Assembly: GCA_963666055.2 (NCBI GenBank) | Contig: CAXWPH010000007.1 | Location: 1 to 64,000, forward strand | Direction of reading: 5' to 3' | DNA from: Acidobacteriota bacterium | GTDB taxonomy: Bacteria > Acidobacteriota > UBA890 > WLXD01 | DNA length: 64,000 bases | In this document: piece by piece, positions 33,924 to 44,580 of the stretch | Position numbering within the stretch: position 1 is the stretch's first letter | Layout of the letters: each line of letters begins with the position of its first letter | The notes under the pieces: model-generated | What the model was told of the DNA's origin: nothing | The model's database searches: none | Seen by the model: the letters and a program-made list of their open reading frames with translations, nothing else | Made by a program: the position numbers and the translations under genes

Positions 33924-34310
33924 AACTCGATGATGCACCCGCGCGCGGGATCGGGAGCCGGAGCGCCAGCTCGAGGATCTGGTGCAAAGCTCCGGCAGCG
34001 GCGCTCGAGGGGCGGTCAGCGGATCGGCCACGGTGGTGGAGCCAGGCCTCGCGCGCCCGGACCTGCTCGAGCGTGAGGCGATCGCCAGCGTGCTTGCGCT
34101 CGTGGCAGTCCCGGCAGATCGGCTGGATGTTGTTGCGGTCCCAGAAGCGCTCCGGAGACAGGTGCACAGGCTCGATGTGGTCGATGTGCTCGGCGGCCGA
34201 CTGTGAAGCCCGCTTCGCCGCAGGGACGGCACAACGGCTCGTCTCGGAGGATTCCGGTGCGCCACCGTCGATAGCGGCGGCTCCAGCGCCAACGCCGGAT
34301 GACTTCGGAA
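33924..34310 (-). pseudogene. Phage-type HNH endonuclease, frameshift near 34200, 3' end cut by IS3
   Basis: EPLCRPC...|EHIDHIEP...NIQPICRDCHERKH. Confidence 0.85.
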
Positions 34311-34339
34311 TCTATTGTCGCTTCGATTATGCGGCAAAC

Positions 34340-34411
34340 CGTTTTGCTTACAAATGTCAGGGCACTGAGCGGTATCCGCGTGAGGGCCCTCGTTTACTTT
34401 CGGAGCCCCCC
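34340..34411. repeat. 72-bp conserved block (candidate cos region), copy 2
   Basis: Matches 26845-26916; lies between the TerS-like and HNH genes. Confidence 0.8.
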
Positions 34412-34881
34412 TAAGTCATTGTTGAAAATGGGGTTATTGTGGTCTCGTACCACGTGTACTACGTGCGCTCGTTTTGGACATAAAACGCACGAGAGCACAT
34501 AGCGTGTGCGCATGATGAGTGCGCTCAAACCACGTCGAGGGGCCTCGCCCAACGGGTGCGGTCACACGTCGAACACGTTTGACGGTCACACGGGGGAGCC
34601 TCGAGCTCGTGTCATGGGCCCGTACGTGGGCGGAGATCTCGAGCTCGCCTGTGGTGTTGCGGTTACGCGTCGATCACGATGACCGGCAGTCACCCCACAT
34701 ACGCTCGGGTTTGATCCACCCTCAGACTCGCCCACAACGCGCCGCGTTCACCACGTGGAGCGGGCACGCGTCGTGTGCCAATCGCAGAAATCCGACACCC
34801 GATAGTCCGGTGGCAGCCGATAGACCTCGCGCCAGGACGACGCAAGGCTCGCGATCGGAGAGTGGAAGCATGGTTTCTCGC

Positions 34882-36045
34882 TCACGCCTTGACCTTCCGG
34901 ATCGTCTTTCGTTTCGCCGCCCGTTTACGACTACGCCCGACCCGAACACCCGACCGCTTCGCGTTCCGTTTCACCCGGCGTTTCGACCGTGCACGCGATG
35001 AGGTCTTTTCGGTCACCAGCGGATCGTCGTTGCCGTCGGCGAGTTCCTCGAGCACTTGCCGGATCAGCGCGTCGAGCGCGCCCGTCGTCTTGGCGTCGAT
35101 GTCCAGCATCGACGGAATCGCCACCAGCTTCGTCCGCACCGCTGCCGCGTGTCCGCTCCACTCCGCTATCACTTCGTCCTTCGCGACGAGGTCCCCGGCC
35201 CGAACCTTGAGCGTCTGCTCGGCAAGATGCCTCTGCGCCCGCTCCTTGAGCGCCCGCTCACGCACCGCGTCGAAAAACTCGCCCGGCTGCATCGTCTCGT
35301 CTCGCGCCGCGAGCCACGCCTCTACGTCCTCGAGCCTGTAACCATGTGGTGCCCCACGAGCCCCACGCCGCGCCACTGGCATCCCTGCATCGACGAGCTT
35401 GTTGATTTGCTTGGCACTCCGCCCGATCGCCGCCGCGAGCTCCGCGCGCCGCATCAACTTCTCGACGCCGAGAATCTCGTCGGTATGTGCACGCCCCAGG
35501 AAAGAGCCACCCTCGAACGCCTCGCCCGGCCGTTGCAGCTCCCACAGCTCTTCCACCGCCACGAGGTACTGGCCGGGCAGATCACCACCGGCAAAGAGGG
35601 TGAAATTCTCGAGGCGTTTGTTGGCGTTCAGGTTCGCCGAAGTTGTATAGAGCACGTCGATCTTTCCGCTGAGCACGAGCACAAACTTCGCGTGACTGTT
35701 CCAAACCCGCAGCGCTTGATCGCCGAACAAGTGGCGGGCGCGGCCACAGTAGCGCGGCTGCCTTGACTCAAACGACCGGTCGACGAGCAGACGGAGCGTC
35801 TTGATCCGCCCGTCCTGCAGCAGCCCCTCCGCCCGCTCGATATCCGCGTTCGCCGCGGTCCAAGTCGACACCGTGACGTCGCTCGGGCCGCACCGGTCGA
35901 GCAGCTCTTCGATACCGTCGATCAGCGACCACGTACCGTCAGAGAGGCCATGGATCGAGCAACCGTCCGCGAGCCCTTCGAAGGCTTCCGACGGGCCTTT
36001 GCTGTTGCGACCGACCCACGCCGTACGCGCTGGCCGGCTCACCAC
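34882..36045 (-). CDS. PLD-like domain fused to Nu1-type terminase small subunit
   Basis: N-terminal HAKF...TSANL; from ATG 35454 MRRAELAAAIGRS...GMPV...WL, coiled coil, GDLV...RTKLVAIP; basic tail. Confidence 0.7.
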   Translation of the reverse strand: MVSRPARTAWVGRNSKGPSEAFEGLADGCSIHGLSDGTWSLIDGIEELLDRCGPSDVTVSTWTAANADIERAEGLLQDGRIKTLRLLVDRSFESRQPRYCGRARHLFGDQALRVWNSHAKFVLVLSGKIDVLYTTSANLNANKRLENFTLFAGGDLPGQYLVAVEELWELQRPGEAFEGGSFLGRAHTDEILGVEKLMRRAELAAAIGRSAKQINKLVDAGMPVARRGARGAPHGYRLEDVEAWLAARDETMQPGEFFDAVRERALKERAQRHLAEQTLKVRAGDLVAKDEVIAEWSGHAAAVRTKLVAIPSMLDIDAKTTGALDALIRQVLEELADGNDDPLVTEKTSSRARSKRRVKRNAKRSGVRVGRSRKRAAKRKTIRKVKA

Positions 36046-36569
36046 TTCGCGAACTCCTTACGTAGCTCGCCCAACAACTCCCGCGTGACGTGGCCGCGCC
36101 GAGCCTGGACGCAACGGAGCGAGCCCCCATCGAGACCCCGGGAACGAATTCTCTCGTCCCGTTCAGCCGAAAGCGTCTGTCCCCAAATGTGTCGAGAGAC
36201 AATGTTCAGGTCGCACAACGACACCCCAAGACGGCGCGCCGCTTTCGCCTCTGTTTCGCCAGAAGCATCGACCTTACGACGCACAGACATTTCACCATCG
36301 GTCATCGCATAAAGGAAATCTCTAGCTCCATCGGTCATAGGTACGAGAGTAACCGGGAACGGCCCATCCTCGAATTGAATCAGGTACAGGAACTCCCGGA
36401 GGGATACTTGACGCGCGCCGCGCTCAATGGCGTGGACGGTCGACCGCGCCCAAGACAGGCCCGCTCTTTGCGTCATGTTGGCGACGTCATACTGGCGAAG
36501 GTTGGACGCCCTTCGCCACTCTTTCATGCGCTCCGCGACAACGCCGACGTCCGCTTGACCTTTAGACAA
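36039..36569 (-). CDS. XRE-like HTH protein
   Basis: RMKEWRRASNLRQYDVA...RSTVHAIERGARQVSL. Confidence 0.75.
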   Translation of the reverse strand: MSKGQADVGVVAERMKEWRRASNLRQYDVANMTQRAGLSWARSTVHAIERGARQVSLREFLYLIQFEDGPFPVTLVPMTDGARDFLYAMTDGEMSVRRKVDASGETEAKAARRLGVSLCDLNIVSRHIWGQTLSAERDERIRSRGLDGGSLRCVQARRGHVTRELLGELRKEFAKW

Positions 36570-36955
36570 CCCTTAACCCCCTAGGGGCGCACAAAAAACT
36601 TACGTTATTCTGCGCCGATAACACCCGTTAACGGAAAGCCCCGGAAGAACCTACAGCCCCCCCTCACCGGGCGCCGCTTCACCCTAGCGATCCTCTAGTT
36701 CTTCGTCATCCGCAGCTCTCATCGCACGCCATTGCTCGCACTTCGTCTGCGTGAGCGGCGCTCACGATCCACTCCGCGGCGGTCAGCGTCTCGAGGTCCC
36801 GGCCCCACCATTGCCGGAGATTCTCGAGTGCCTTGTCCTCTGGCCAGCGCTCACCGTCGAAGTCCGCCACCAGGGCCACAGCACCGAAGAACTCCTGCCG
36901 TGAGCGGTCCAGCCCGTACAACTCCGCAAACTCGTAATCCACCGGAAGAGGGCGC

Positions 36956-37195
36956 TGTCGCACGGTTGTCGCAGTGATGGGCGCGGCCGTCGTACCCTCC
37001 TGTCGCACGGTTGTCGCAGGATTCGTCGCAGGCTCGGGGACAGCGGAATTCCGCTGCAACACCCGTAGTGCCGCCTCTTTCGCCCTCACGCCGCTGTTTC
37101 CCTTGTCGCAGGGTTGTCGCATCGCTTGTCGCACCGACACGCACCGTCTGTCGCACAGTCGCACCCCCCTAAGGGGGTGCCGACTGCGACACGTG
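36956..37195. repeat. TGTCGCA iteron-like cluster (candidate origin)
   Basis: Copies at 36956, 36967, 37001, 37012, 37104, 37115, 37127 and 37149, plus variants, directly downstream of the helicase gene. Confidence 0.75.
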
Positions 37196-37215
37196 CAACG
37201 GCGCGACGGAATGCC

Positions 37216-38598
37216 CTATTCCTCATCGAAGCTTCCCTCGGCGATCGCTGCGTTCCGGTGCCGGTACACGGTCGATCGATGGATACCCAGCTCAGATGCC
37301 ACAGCGTCCGGAGGCATACCAGCTTCCAGGAGGTCGACGACTCGGTGTCGGGTCCGGCCCTCGACGATCCAGGTCGCGCAGCCGTTCTCGTCAGTCGCGA
37401 GTTGCGCTTCGAATGGGGCCACGTCAGCACCAATGAGTCCCCGAGCTTTCTCGAAGCGAACCTCGAACCGGGCGCCATTCTCAGCCCGGTACTCGCCCGG
37501 GCGCTGCAGCTTTATCACCGTGTCGAGGACATCCTCCCGGCGAGAGGTACCGCGCTGAGCACCGCTCTTGCCGGCGTGGTGCACGAGGAGGACAGCGACT
37601 CCTCGCCTCCTCAACCCCAGTAGAAGGTCCTGAGCGGGTCCCCATGCTTCGGCCTCGTTCTCCGGACCGGCTCCGAACAGCGTGGAAATATTGTCGAAGA
37701 CCACGAGCTTGGCGTCCCCAAGGATCGCGTCGAGGAGGCGCTTCCCCTCCGGGCTATCGAGCGCAGGCACCGGGACCTCCTGGGCGTCCGCGGCGAGGAT
37801 TCGAAAGGGGATTTCTGAGGTGTCGAGGTCCGGGTCTAGCCCGGCGAGTAGCGAGCTCGTTCGCGACTGGAGGGTCTCCACGGGCATCTCACCATCCACG
37901 AAAAGAACGGGCGCCCTGGCAGGCGCCTCCCAGCCCAAGGCCGACGTCCCCGTAGCGACACCGAGCGCGATACTGAGCGCGACCCACGTCTTGCCGTCCC
38001 CGCGATTCGCGTACAGCATCGCCAGGTCTTTCTCGTTGAACCAAGGCGACAGGAGGGGTTGGCGTGGGGGCAGACGAAGTTCGAGATATTCTGCGAGTTC
38101 ATATACTCGGACCCGTTCCGCGGCACGGCCCGCACCGTTTGCGATCGCCGCGATGGCCTGCTGGGCTCCCACGAGGACTACCTCGGGATCCGCGCCCGGG
38201 TCCATCGCCATGTTGCGGATAGTCTCTGCCTCGGCGATGGCGTCGCGCAGGATCGCTTTGTCCTTGATGGTCCTGGCGTACTGCTCGACGTTGGCCGCCA
38301 CTGGGATACCGTCGATGAGGCCGGAGATGTACGCCGCGCCGCCGACGCGCTCGAGCGCGTCGCGGCGGGTCAGCTCCTCGCGCAGGGTCACTGTATCGAT
38401 GGCCTCGGAGCGCTCCGTCAGCCCCGTCATCGCCTCGAAGGTCAGCCGATTGGCATCGTTGAAGAAGTCATCCGGCGATAGGATCTGCGCCGCGGCGATC
38501 AACGCCTGGTTGTCCAGCAGCACGGCGCCGAGGATCGCGCGCTCGGTCTGGGTGGCCGCGGGCAGGGCTCGCTCCGCCATCGCGGGCGCTGCGCTCAC
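37216..38598 (-). CDS. DnaB N-terminal domain, AAA_25/RepA-like helicase and C-terminal HTH
   Basis: ERAILGAVLLDN...AANVEQYARTI; ANRGDGKT, LVVFDN, HHAGK...RGTS; VASELGIHRSTVYR. Confidence 0.85.
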   Translation of the reverse strand: MSAAPAMAERALPAATQTERAILGAVLLDNQALIAAAQILSPDDFFNDANRLTFEAMTGLTERSEAIDTVTLREELTRRDALERVGGAAYISGLIDGIPVAANVEQYARTIKDKAILRDAIAEAETIRNMAMDPGADPEVVLVGAQQAIAAIANGAGRAAERVRVYELAEYLELRLPPRQPLLSPWFNEKDLAMLYANRGDGKTWVALSIALGVATGTSALGWEAPARAPVLFVDGEMPVETLQSRTSSLLAGLDPDLDTSEIPFRILAADAQEVPVPALDSPEGKRLLDAILGDAKLVVFDNISTLFGAGPENEAEAWGPAQDLLLGLRRRGVAVLLVHHAGKSGAQRGTSRREDVLDTVIKLQRPGEYRAENGARFEVRFEKARGLIGADVAPFEAQLATDENGCATWIVEGRTRHRVVDLLEAGMPPDAVASELGIHRSTVYRHRNAAIAEGSFDEE

Positions 38599-38795
38599 GC
38601 CGCGGCCTCGCGTCGAGCCAACCATTCCTCCAGCGCGACGCGACGCACCAACCGGCGACGGCCGATTCTCAATGTTGCTGGCCCCTGCCCCTCCCGGATT
38701 AGCTGCCAAAGAGTCGCCCGGCCGATACCGATCAGGCGCGCGGTCTCCTCAACGCTGTACGCTGCGCGATCGCCCGCTTTAGTCGTCCCTGCCAT
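38595..38795 (-). CDS. Excisionase/AlpA-like HTH protein
   Basis: YSVEETARLIGIGRATLWQLIREG...RIGRRRLV; GGAG RBS. Confidence 0.85.
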   Translation of the reverse strand: MAGTTKAGDRAAYSVEETARLIGIGRATLWQLIREGQGPATLRIGRRRLVRRVALEEWLARREAAA

Positions 38796-38928
38796 GCTCC
38801 CCCCATCCGCCTGTGTCCGTGGAGCACCGTGTGGCGCTACCTTCGAATACGTAGAGCACGCAACCGGTATGCGTTTTGTCACACGAGCTGTGGGTCGCCT
38901 CGGCGGGAAACCGCGAGGACGGCGGCCG

Positions 38929-39768
38929 TTACTGAGGGCGAGAGCGGTACGCCCGTTGCCGGCAGGTTCGGGGCCGGTCGCAGTATTTGCGGAGCCTACC
39001 GGTGGCAGACGACGTTGGTAGGAATCGACCGCACGCGGGGCACCGCCCCTGAACGCGGCGGCGCCCGCCAAGGTTCCGCGCACAGATCTGCCGCTCTACC
39101 GACCGGAACTCACGGTCGAGGCGATCATCTCCACGCGGATAGTCTAAATCCATCGCGGCCACAGCCACCAACTGCCACCGTCGGTCCGCAGGAGAACCAG
39201 GCTCCGCGCTGAGGTCTCCGAGCAGGTCGGTGGGCGCGAGCCCCCGCATCGCGTCTCGGATACGCCGTTGCCGGTCCGGGCTGAGTTGCAGAACGCTCCG
39301 CCGTTTCACCGCGTCGCGCGCCTCCACGAAACGCTCCGCCTCCTGTCGAAGATCCGTCATTCGACGCTCGACCTGGTCTGGGGATATCTCCAGACGCTCG
39401 GCAGTGACAGCGACGGTGAAGCCCCGCAGACGACAATCTATGATCTCCCAATCGCGCGGGTCCCGGAGCCGGTCCAGGTAGGCCTCCCGCGCCTCCCACA
39501 GCGCCCGTAGCGGTTCTGCTGGAGGAGGCTCAGGCAACGAGGCTCCTGCCGACGCTCCTTCAAGGTAGTATTGAGCGGGCCCCGCATGCACCTCCGCCAG
39601 TCCGTCGCGCTGCAGACGGCGCTCCAACTCGGCACACTCGCTACAGCGTTCGGCGAGAGAGTGCCTCTCAACGCTCGTCGCTGCTGGAAACGCCGCAAGT
39701 GCGGCTTCGCGACCCAGCGCGGTTCGCTGGCAACCGCGGATCTCGCAACGCGAGCCGTTTGCCGTCAC
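38929..39768 (-). CDS. Putative regulator with HTH and Cys-rich Zn-binding motifs
   Basis: GTGA-coupled to int; GFTVAVTAERLEISPDQVERR; CPACG...YCDRPRTCRQRAYR. Confidence 0.6.
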   Translation of the reverse strand: MTANGSRCEIRGCQRTALGREAALAAFPAATSVERHSLAERCSECAELERRLQRDGLAEVHAGPAQYYLEGASAGASLPEPPPAEPLRALWEAREAYLDRLRDPRDWEIIDCRLRGFTVAVTAERLEISPDQVERRMTDLRQEAERFVEARDAVKRRSVLQLSPDRQRRIRDAMRGLAPTDLLGDLSAEPGSPADRRWQLVAVAAMDLDYPRGDDRLDREFRSVERQICARNLGGRRRVQGRCPACGRFLPTSSATGRLRKYCDRPRTCRQRAYRSRPQ

Positions 39769-41042
39769 GGTTGCCGGTTCTCCTTGAGACGCCGCACCTT
39801 GGCCCGGCGTCCCACGTCGAGCTTCGGCGCGAATTTGCGTGCCCGTTCCGCCCGCCACGTGTCGGCGAGGTGTCCGTAGTGCTTCTCCACCATCCGCGTG
39901 GTCGTGTGGCCGAGCTGGGCGGCTAGGTCCGGCAAACCACCGCCGGCCATCAGATAGAGGCTCGCGTAGGTGTGTCGAAGCTCGTGGAAGACAATCCTTG
40001 GTTTGATCGTCGCGTTCTTACACGCTTCCCGCATGCGCCGTTGCTGAGTATTCGGATACCACTCCGAGCCGTCGGAGTGAGTGAAGATGCGACCCTCCGC
40101 GACGCGACCTGCCGTCAACTCGTCGAACGCCGCAACTCCCTCTTCGTTGAGGTAAATACGACGCGGGTTGCCGCTCTTGGCCTTCGCAATGAAGACAGTG
40201 CCTGTCTCCGGGTCGAAGTCCCGAGCCTCAAGTGACGTAAGCTCCGCAAATCGAGCGCCGGTATGTAATGCGCCCCTGACCAAGACCCGTAGATCGCGCT
40301 CACACGCATTCAGCAGTCGACGGATCTCCTCATGATCCAGGTATCGCGTTCGACTCGCCTCGACTTGTCGAAACGGCTCGACGCGGCGCCAGACGTCATC
40401 GCTCGCGACGAGACCATCCTTGTATGCCCGGGTGAGAGCGGCCTTGAGTACGGCCAGTACGCGGTTCGCCGTGGACTTTCGCGCCCGGCGGTCGTTCTTG
40501 GTGACGGCCTTGCGCTGATTCTTGGGCTCGCCGGGTCGGGACCGTAGATGCGCTGGCTTCTCCGCGAGCGCCTGGTGCCAGCGTCGAAGGCGGTCAGTGG
40601 TCAGGTCGGCGAGCGGCATATGACCGAGTTCGGGGAGTACGTGCGCCTCCAGGCTACAACTGACGCGATACCAGCTCCGCCGATGCTCTTTGTACCAATC
40701 CATGTAACGGGTAACGGCGCCGGCCACCGTGACAGGGCCTCCCTTGAGTACACCCAGGTCGTCATCGGGGGTCCACGCAACCGCGAGCTCGTGGGCTCGC
40801 GCATAATTCAGCACGTCCACGCCGTCAGCTACCGCGTGGGGCAGGTCGTCGGCGGCCCCCAGCGCTTTCCATCTATACGGAGACGCTCCCCGGGCCTTTC
40901 CCACATAGGCGCGGACGTACCACGTGCCGGGGCCATCCTCGGTCCGGCGGTAACCAAGCGCGCGACCACGAGCTACCCGCACCCAGTGTGGGCCATGCTG
41001 GCTCGGCAATCGTCGCCGAACCGTTCGCGTGGTGAGATCCAC
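39765..41042 (-). CDS. int: Tyrosine integrase
   Basis: TGARFAEL, FHELRH and LGHTTTRMVEKHYGH motifs; GGAGG RBS; adjacent to the tRNA-Glu repeat. Confidence 0.93.
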   Translation of the reverse strand: MDLTTRTVRRRLPSQHGPHWVRVARGRALGYRRTEDGPGTWYVRAYVGKARGASPYRWKALGAADDLPHAVADGVDVLNYARAHELAVAWTPDDDLGVLKGGPVTVAGAVTRYMDWYKEHRRSWYRVSCSLEAHVLPELGHMPLADLTTDRLRRWHQALAEKPAHLRSRPGEPKNQRKAVTKNDRRARKSTANRVLAVLKAALTRAYKDGLVASDDVWRRVEPFRQVEASRTRYLDHEEIRRLLNACERDLRVLVRGALHTGARFAELTSLEARDFDPETGTVFIAKAKSGNPRRIYLNEEGVAAFDELTAGRVAEGRIFTHSDGSEWYPNTQQRRMREACKNATIKPRIVFHELRHTYASLYLMAGGGLPDLAAQLGHTTTRMVEKHYGHLADTWRAERARKFAPKLDVGRRAKVRRLKENRQP

Positions 41043-41192
41043 GCCCCCTCCATTTGAGTCCTTCCGTAACTCCTCCGTAACTATGGCCGGTAGACTCGCC
41101 TGGACTCGAATGGCCACCGACAGCTTAATTCATTGTATCAAAAGGGATTCCAGAGTCCAATAGAGTCCAGTGAAGTCCAGCTTGCCCCACTT

Positions 41193-41410
<218 letters not shown>

Positions 41411-41689
41411 CGGCCCGCGAAACGATGAACGCCGGCTCGATCTGAGGATCTTGGAGTCTCCGCAGTTCCCGCTCGACCTCACTCCTACGACGGACGCCAA
41501 TGCCGCGGCGCACGAGAGCCTCAGACAGGCTCTTGAAGGTCAGTCCAGGCTCCTGATCGAGGGGGTCGAGAGGGCACGATCAAGAAGCTACGGCTGATCA
41601 GATTGCCGAGAACATGGTTCGCCTCATCGAAGCATCGAGGGAGCGAATCGGCAAAGCGCTACTTGCTCTATAGATGGTAGATGGTCAAT

Positions 41690-41800
41690 CGGCTCGCGCC
41701 GACGGACCCGTAGCGGGGTCAGCCGAGCCCTCGCGAACCCAGCCGCGTGAACGCTACTCCCAAGCTTGGGTAGCACTCGTTACCCGTCTACGAGCGCAAA
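41690..41800 (+). repeat. Kinase tail (RLAPTDP*) with cttgggtagcact flank
   Basis: Imperfect direct repeat of 42954-42976 plus 45545-45650. Confidence 0.75.
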
Positions 41801-41877
41801 CCATCAAGGCGCTGGATATCGGCACACGTTGAACCGGGGCCCGCATGGGCAGCCTCGGATCTCCGTGTAGCTTCTAT

Positions 41878-42705
41878 CTACTGAACGGTCCCGCAGATGG
41901 CATGGGCTCTGATGTCGATGGAGGTACCGGCTACATTGAGCAGCGTGCACTCCCAGGTGTCGTCGTCCAGTGGGCGGGCCCTTCTCCAAACCGCTACGCC
42001 CGTCGCGTTGTCCGAGGTGCACCCGCCGCCAAGCAGCTTCTTCCCCACAGTACAGTCCTGAGTTGCTGTGCCTATAGTGCCGTCGGCGACGGTTATTACC
42101 CCCGATTCGAGTCTCTCCCAATTGGATACGCCCGGATCACCCTTCGCGCCGTTCGCTCCGGCCGGACCTTGAGCCCCCGTCGGTCCGGCAGGCCCCGTCG
42201 CTCCTGTAGGTCCAGTCGCTCCAGTCACTCCAGTCACTCCAGTAGGTCTATCGGCTCCGTCTGCCCAATCCGCCCCGTCTGCGCCCCGGGATCCCCTCGG
42301 GCCAGGCGGGCCAGCATCTCCCAGGACCGCGCCTCCGCTGCCGATGAACACGTACCCTAAGAGGCGATTACCACGGCTGTCGACACCGCACTCGACCGAC
42401 AGCCGGTGGCCTGCCGGAACCAAGTTGTCGGGTAGGTCCGCGACGATCAGCTCGGGGTCGCGCAACTGGACTGAGTCGATGTCCAGTTTGATGATGGAGA
42501 GCTTCGCAACTGGATTGCGGCAGAAATTCTCGCCGTAGATGAACATCTGCGTCTCATCGTCGCTGATGTCCACTCTGCGGATGACCGGCGAACCCGCAGA
42601 GCCCGATGCAGCTTCCGCCAACACGGGTAGCTCGAACTGCGCCAGCAGCAGGAGCGAGACTGCCATAGTGAGCAGTGCCAGAAATGTGGTGATGTACCGC
42701 TTCAT
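41878..42705 (-). CDS. Secreted collagen-like (Gly-X-Y) protein
   Basis: GGAGG RBS, signal peptide, about 20 GXY triplets, C-terminal C...GGGC...AIC domain. Confidence 0.85.
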   Translation of the reverse strand: MKRYITTFLALLTMAVSLLLLAQFELPVLAEAASGSAGSPVIRRVDISDDETQMFIYGENFCRNPVAKLSIIKLDIDSVQLRDPELIVADLPDNLVPAGHRLSVECGVDSRGNRLLGYVFIGSGGAVLGDAGPPGPRGSRGADGADWADGADRPTGVTGVTGATGPTGATGPAGPTGAQGPAGANGAKGDPGVSNWERLESGVITVADGTIGTATQDCTVGKKLLGGGCTSDNATGVAVWRRARPLDDDTWECTLLNVAGTSIDIRAHAICGTVQ

Positions 42706-42919
42706 GGCCGGACCTCCCCAGGTTGATAGCGGCACATGCTGAGGCTCCAGCGGACGCACGCACAACTCCATGAGAGCGACACGCGATTGCCGGTTTGAGT
42801 GCCGCGAGCGTCAGTATACGACCCACGAGCACAACCTATCCGTGTCTACGGAGCACTAGAGAGAAAGCCGTAAAGAACTGTCAAGCGGCGCGGGCGATAA
42901 CGGCCAAAGCGACAGCGAC

Positions 42920-42976
42920 CACGTGACGCTGGTCACGGGTTCGACGAGCTGAAGCGGCTCGTGCCGACGGACCCGT
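42920..42976 (+). repeat. Kinase tail repeat (FDELKRLVPTDP) interrupted by IS21
   Basis: The sequence resumes after 45544. Confidence 0.85.
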
Positions 42977-43118
42977 TGGTAGCGGCAGACTGAAAAGGGA
43001 CCCTGCGGCGGGTTGAAAAGGGACCCCCTGGTGACCGATGGACTGGGCCCCGCTGGTGGGGTACCGAGACGGAAGCAGAAGCCGTATCGGATACGCCGAT
43101 CCAGGAGGACCCGAGGAG

Positions 43119-44580
43119 GTGATCAGAGTGTCTCAGTGGGCCGAGATCCGCCACATGCACGTCGTAGATGGAATCGCCAAGAAGGAGATAGCGCGACGGC
43201 TGGAGGTAAACATCAAGACGGTGCGTCGGGCGCTGGACAAAGACGAGCCGCCGCTTGAGCGTGCCACGCCCCGGCGAGGTCGGCGGCTAGATGCGTGGCG
43301 GGAGCAGATCGAGGGCTGGTTGAAGGCCGATCCACGGATCAGTGCGAAGCGGATCGGGCGTTTGCTGATGCCGATGGCGGGAGCGGTTCCGGGACGGACG
43401 GTGAGGGAGTACGTGGCGGAGTCGCGTGGCGAGCTGTATCCGAAGGAAGCGTACGTGCATCGGAGCCAGGCGCCGGGGCAGACGATGGAGGTGGACTTCG
43501 GTGAGACGTGGGCGCTGATGGAGCGACGGCCCCGGAAGCTGAAGTTCTTCGTGGCGACACTGCCGTATAGCAACGTGTACTTCGCCAAGGCGTACGCGCT
43601 CGAGAGGCTGGAGTGCCTGCTGGACGGGATACAGAAGGCGTTCGAGTACTTCGGCGGGGTGACGGGGCGGGTGGTGTTGGACAACACGTCGCTGGCGGTG
43701 AAGCGGGTGCTCCGGGGTCGAGATCGGGAACAGACGGATGCCTTCAACGGCTTCCGTGGGTCGTATCCGTTCGCGGCGGAGTTCTGCGCGCCGGGCAAGG
43801 GTGGAGGGCGGCGTGAAGTACGTGCGCAACAACGTGTTCCGCCCGATGCCAAGTATCGACAGCTTCGAGCAGCTCAACGAGCTGATGGTGCAGGAGCTCG
43901 AGGCGGATCTGGACAACCGCCGGTTAGCGGATGGCCGCACGGTCAGAGAAGCGTGGCAAGCGGAGCGCCAGCATCTGCGTGCGCTACCGCCGCATCCGCC
44001 GGCAAGCTGCCGGACACTGGCCCGGGTGGTGGACAAGTTCGGGCACGTACGGGTGGACGGGGCGCACTACTCGGTGCCGATCCGACACGCCTACCGGCCA
44101 GCGTGGGTGAAGCTGTACCACGACCGCGTGGAGGTGGCGGTGGCCGATGAAGTGGTGGCCAAGCACGCCCGCTCGTTCCGACAGGGAGCCAAGGTGCTGG
44201 AGCCGCTACACGTGCTGCCGTTGCTTCAGCGCAAGCACCGGGCGGTGGGTGAGGCGACGGCGCTGCGGGGCTGGGAGCTGCCCGAGGCGTTCCGTGAGCT
44301 CAGAAGGAAACTGCATCAGTGCACCCGCAAGCCGGACCGGGAATGGGTGAAGGTGCTGCGGCTGTTGGAGGAGCACGAGCAGCCCGAGGTGGAAGCCGCG
44401 GTCCAGGATGCGTTACGTAGCGGATCGCCCCGCTACGAGACCGTGCGCTTGTTGCTACGTCGAGCCGAGCAGGCGGGTATGCCCGAGGTACGCCCCGTGC
44501 CGGTACGCGCTGAGTTGGCGGCGATGGAGGTAGCGGAGCCGGTGCTCGAAGCGTACGACGTGCTCTGGAGGACAAGCTGA
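43119..44580 (+). pseudogene. istA: IS21 transposase, frameshift/deletion near 43800
   Basis: EVDFG, VLDN and APGKG|VEGGV motifs. Confidence 0.9.

Noticed and set aside
36706-37164. 152-aa ORF
   Set aside because: The 5' half is translated iteron repeats. The 3' half may be coding, but I cannot support a call.
33924-41042. Intact prophage
   Set aside because: No large terminase, portal, capsid, tail or lysis genes.
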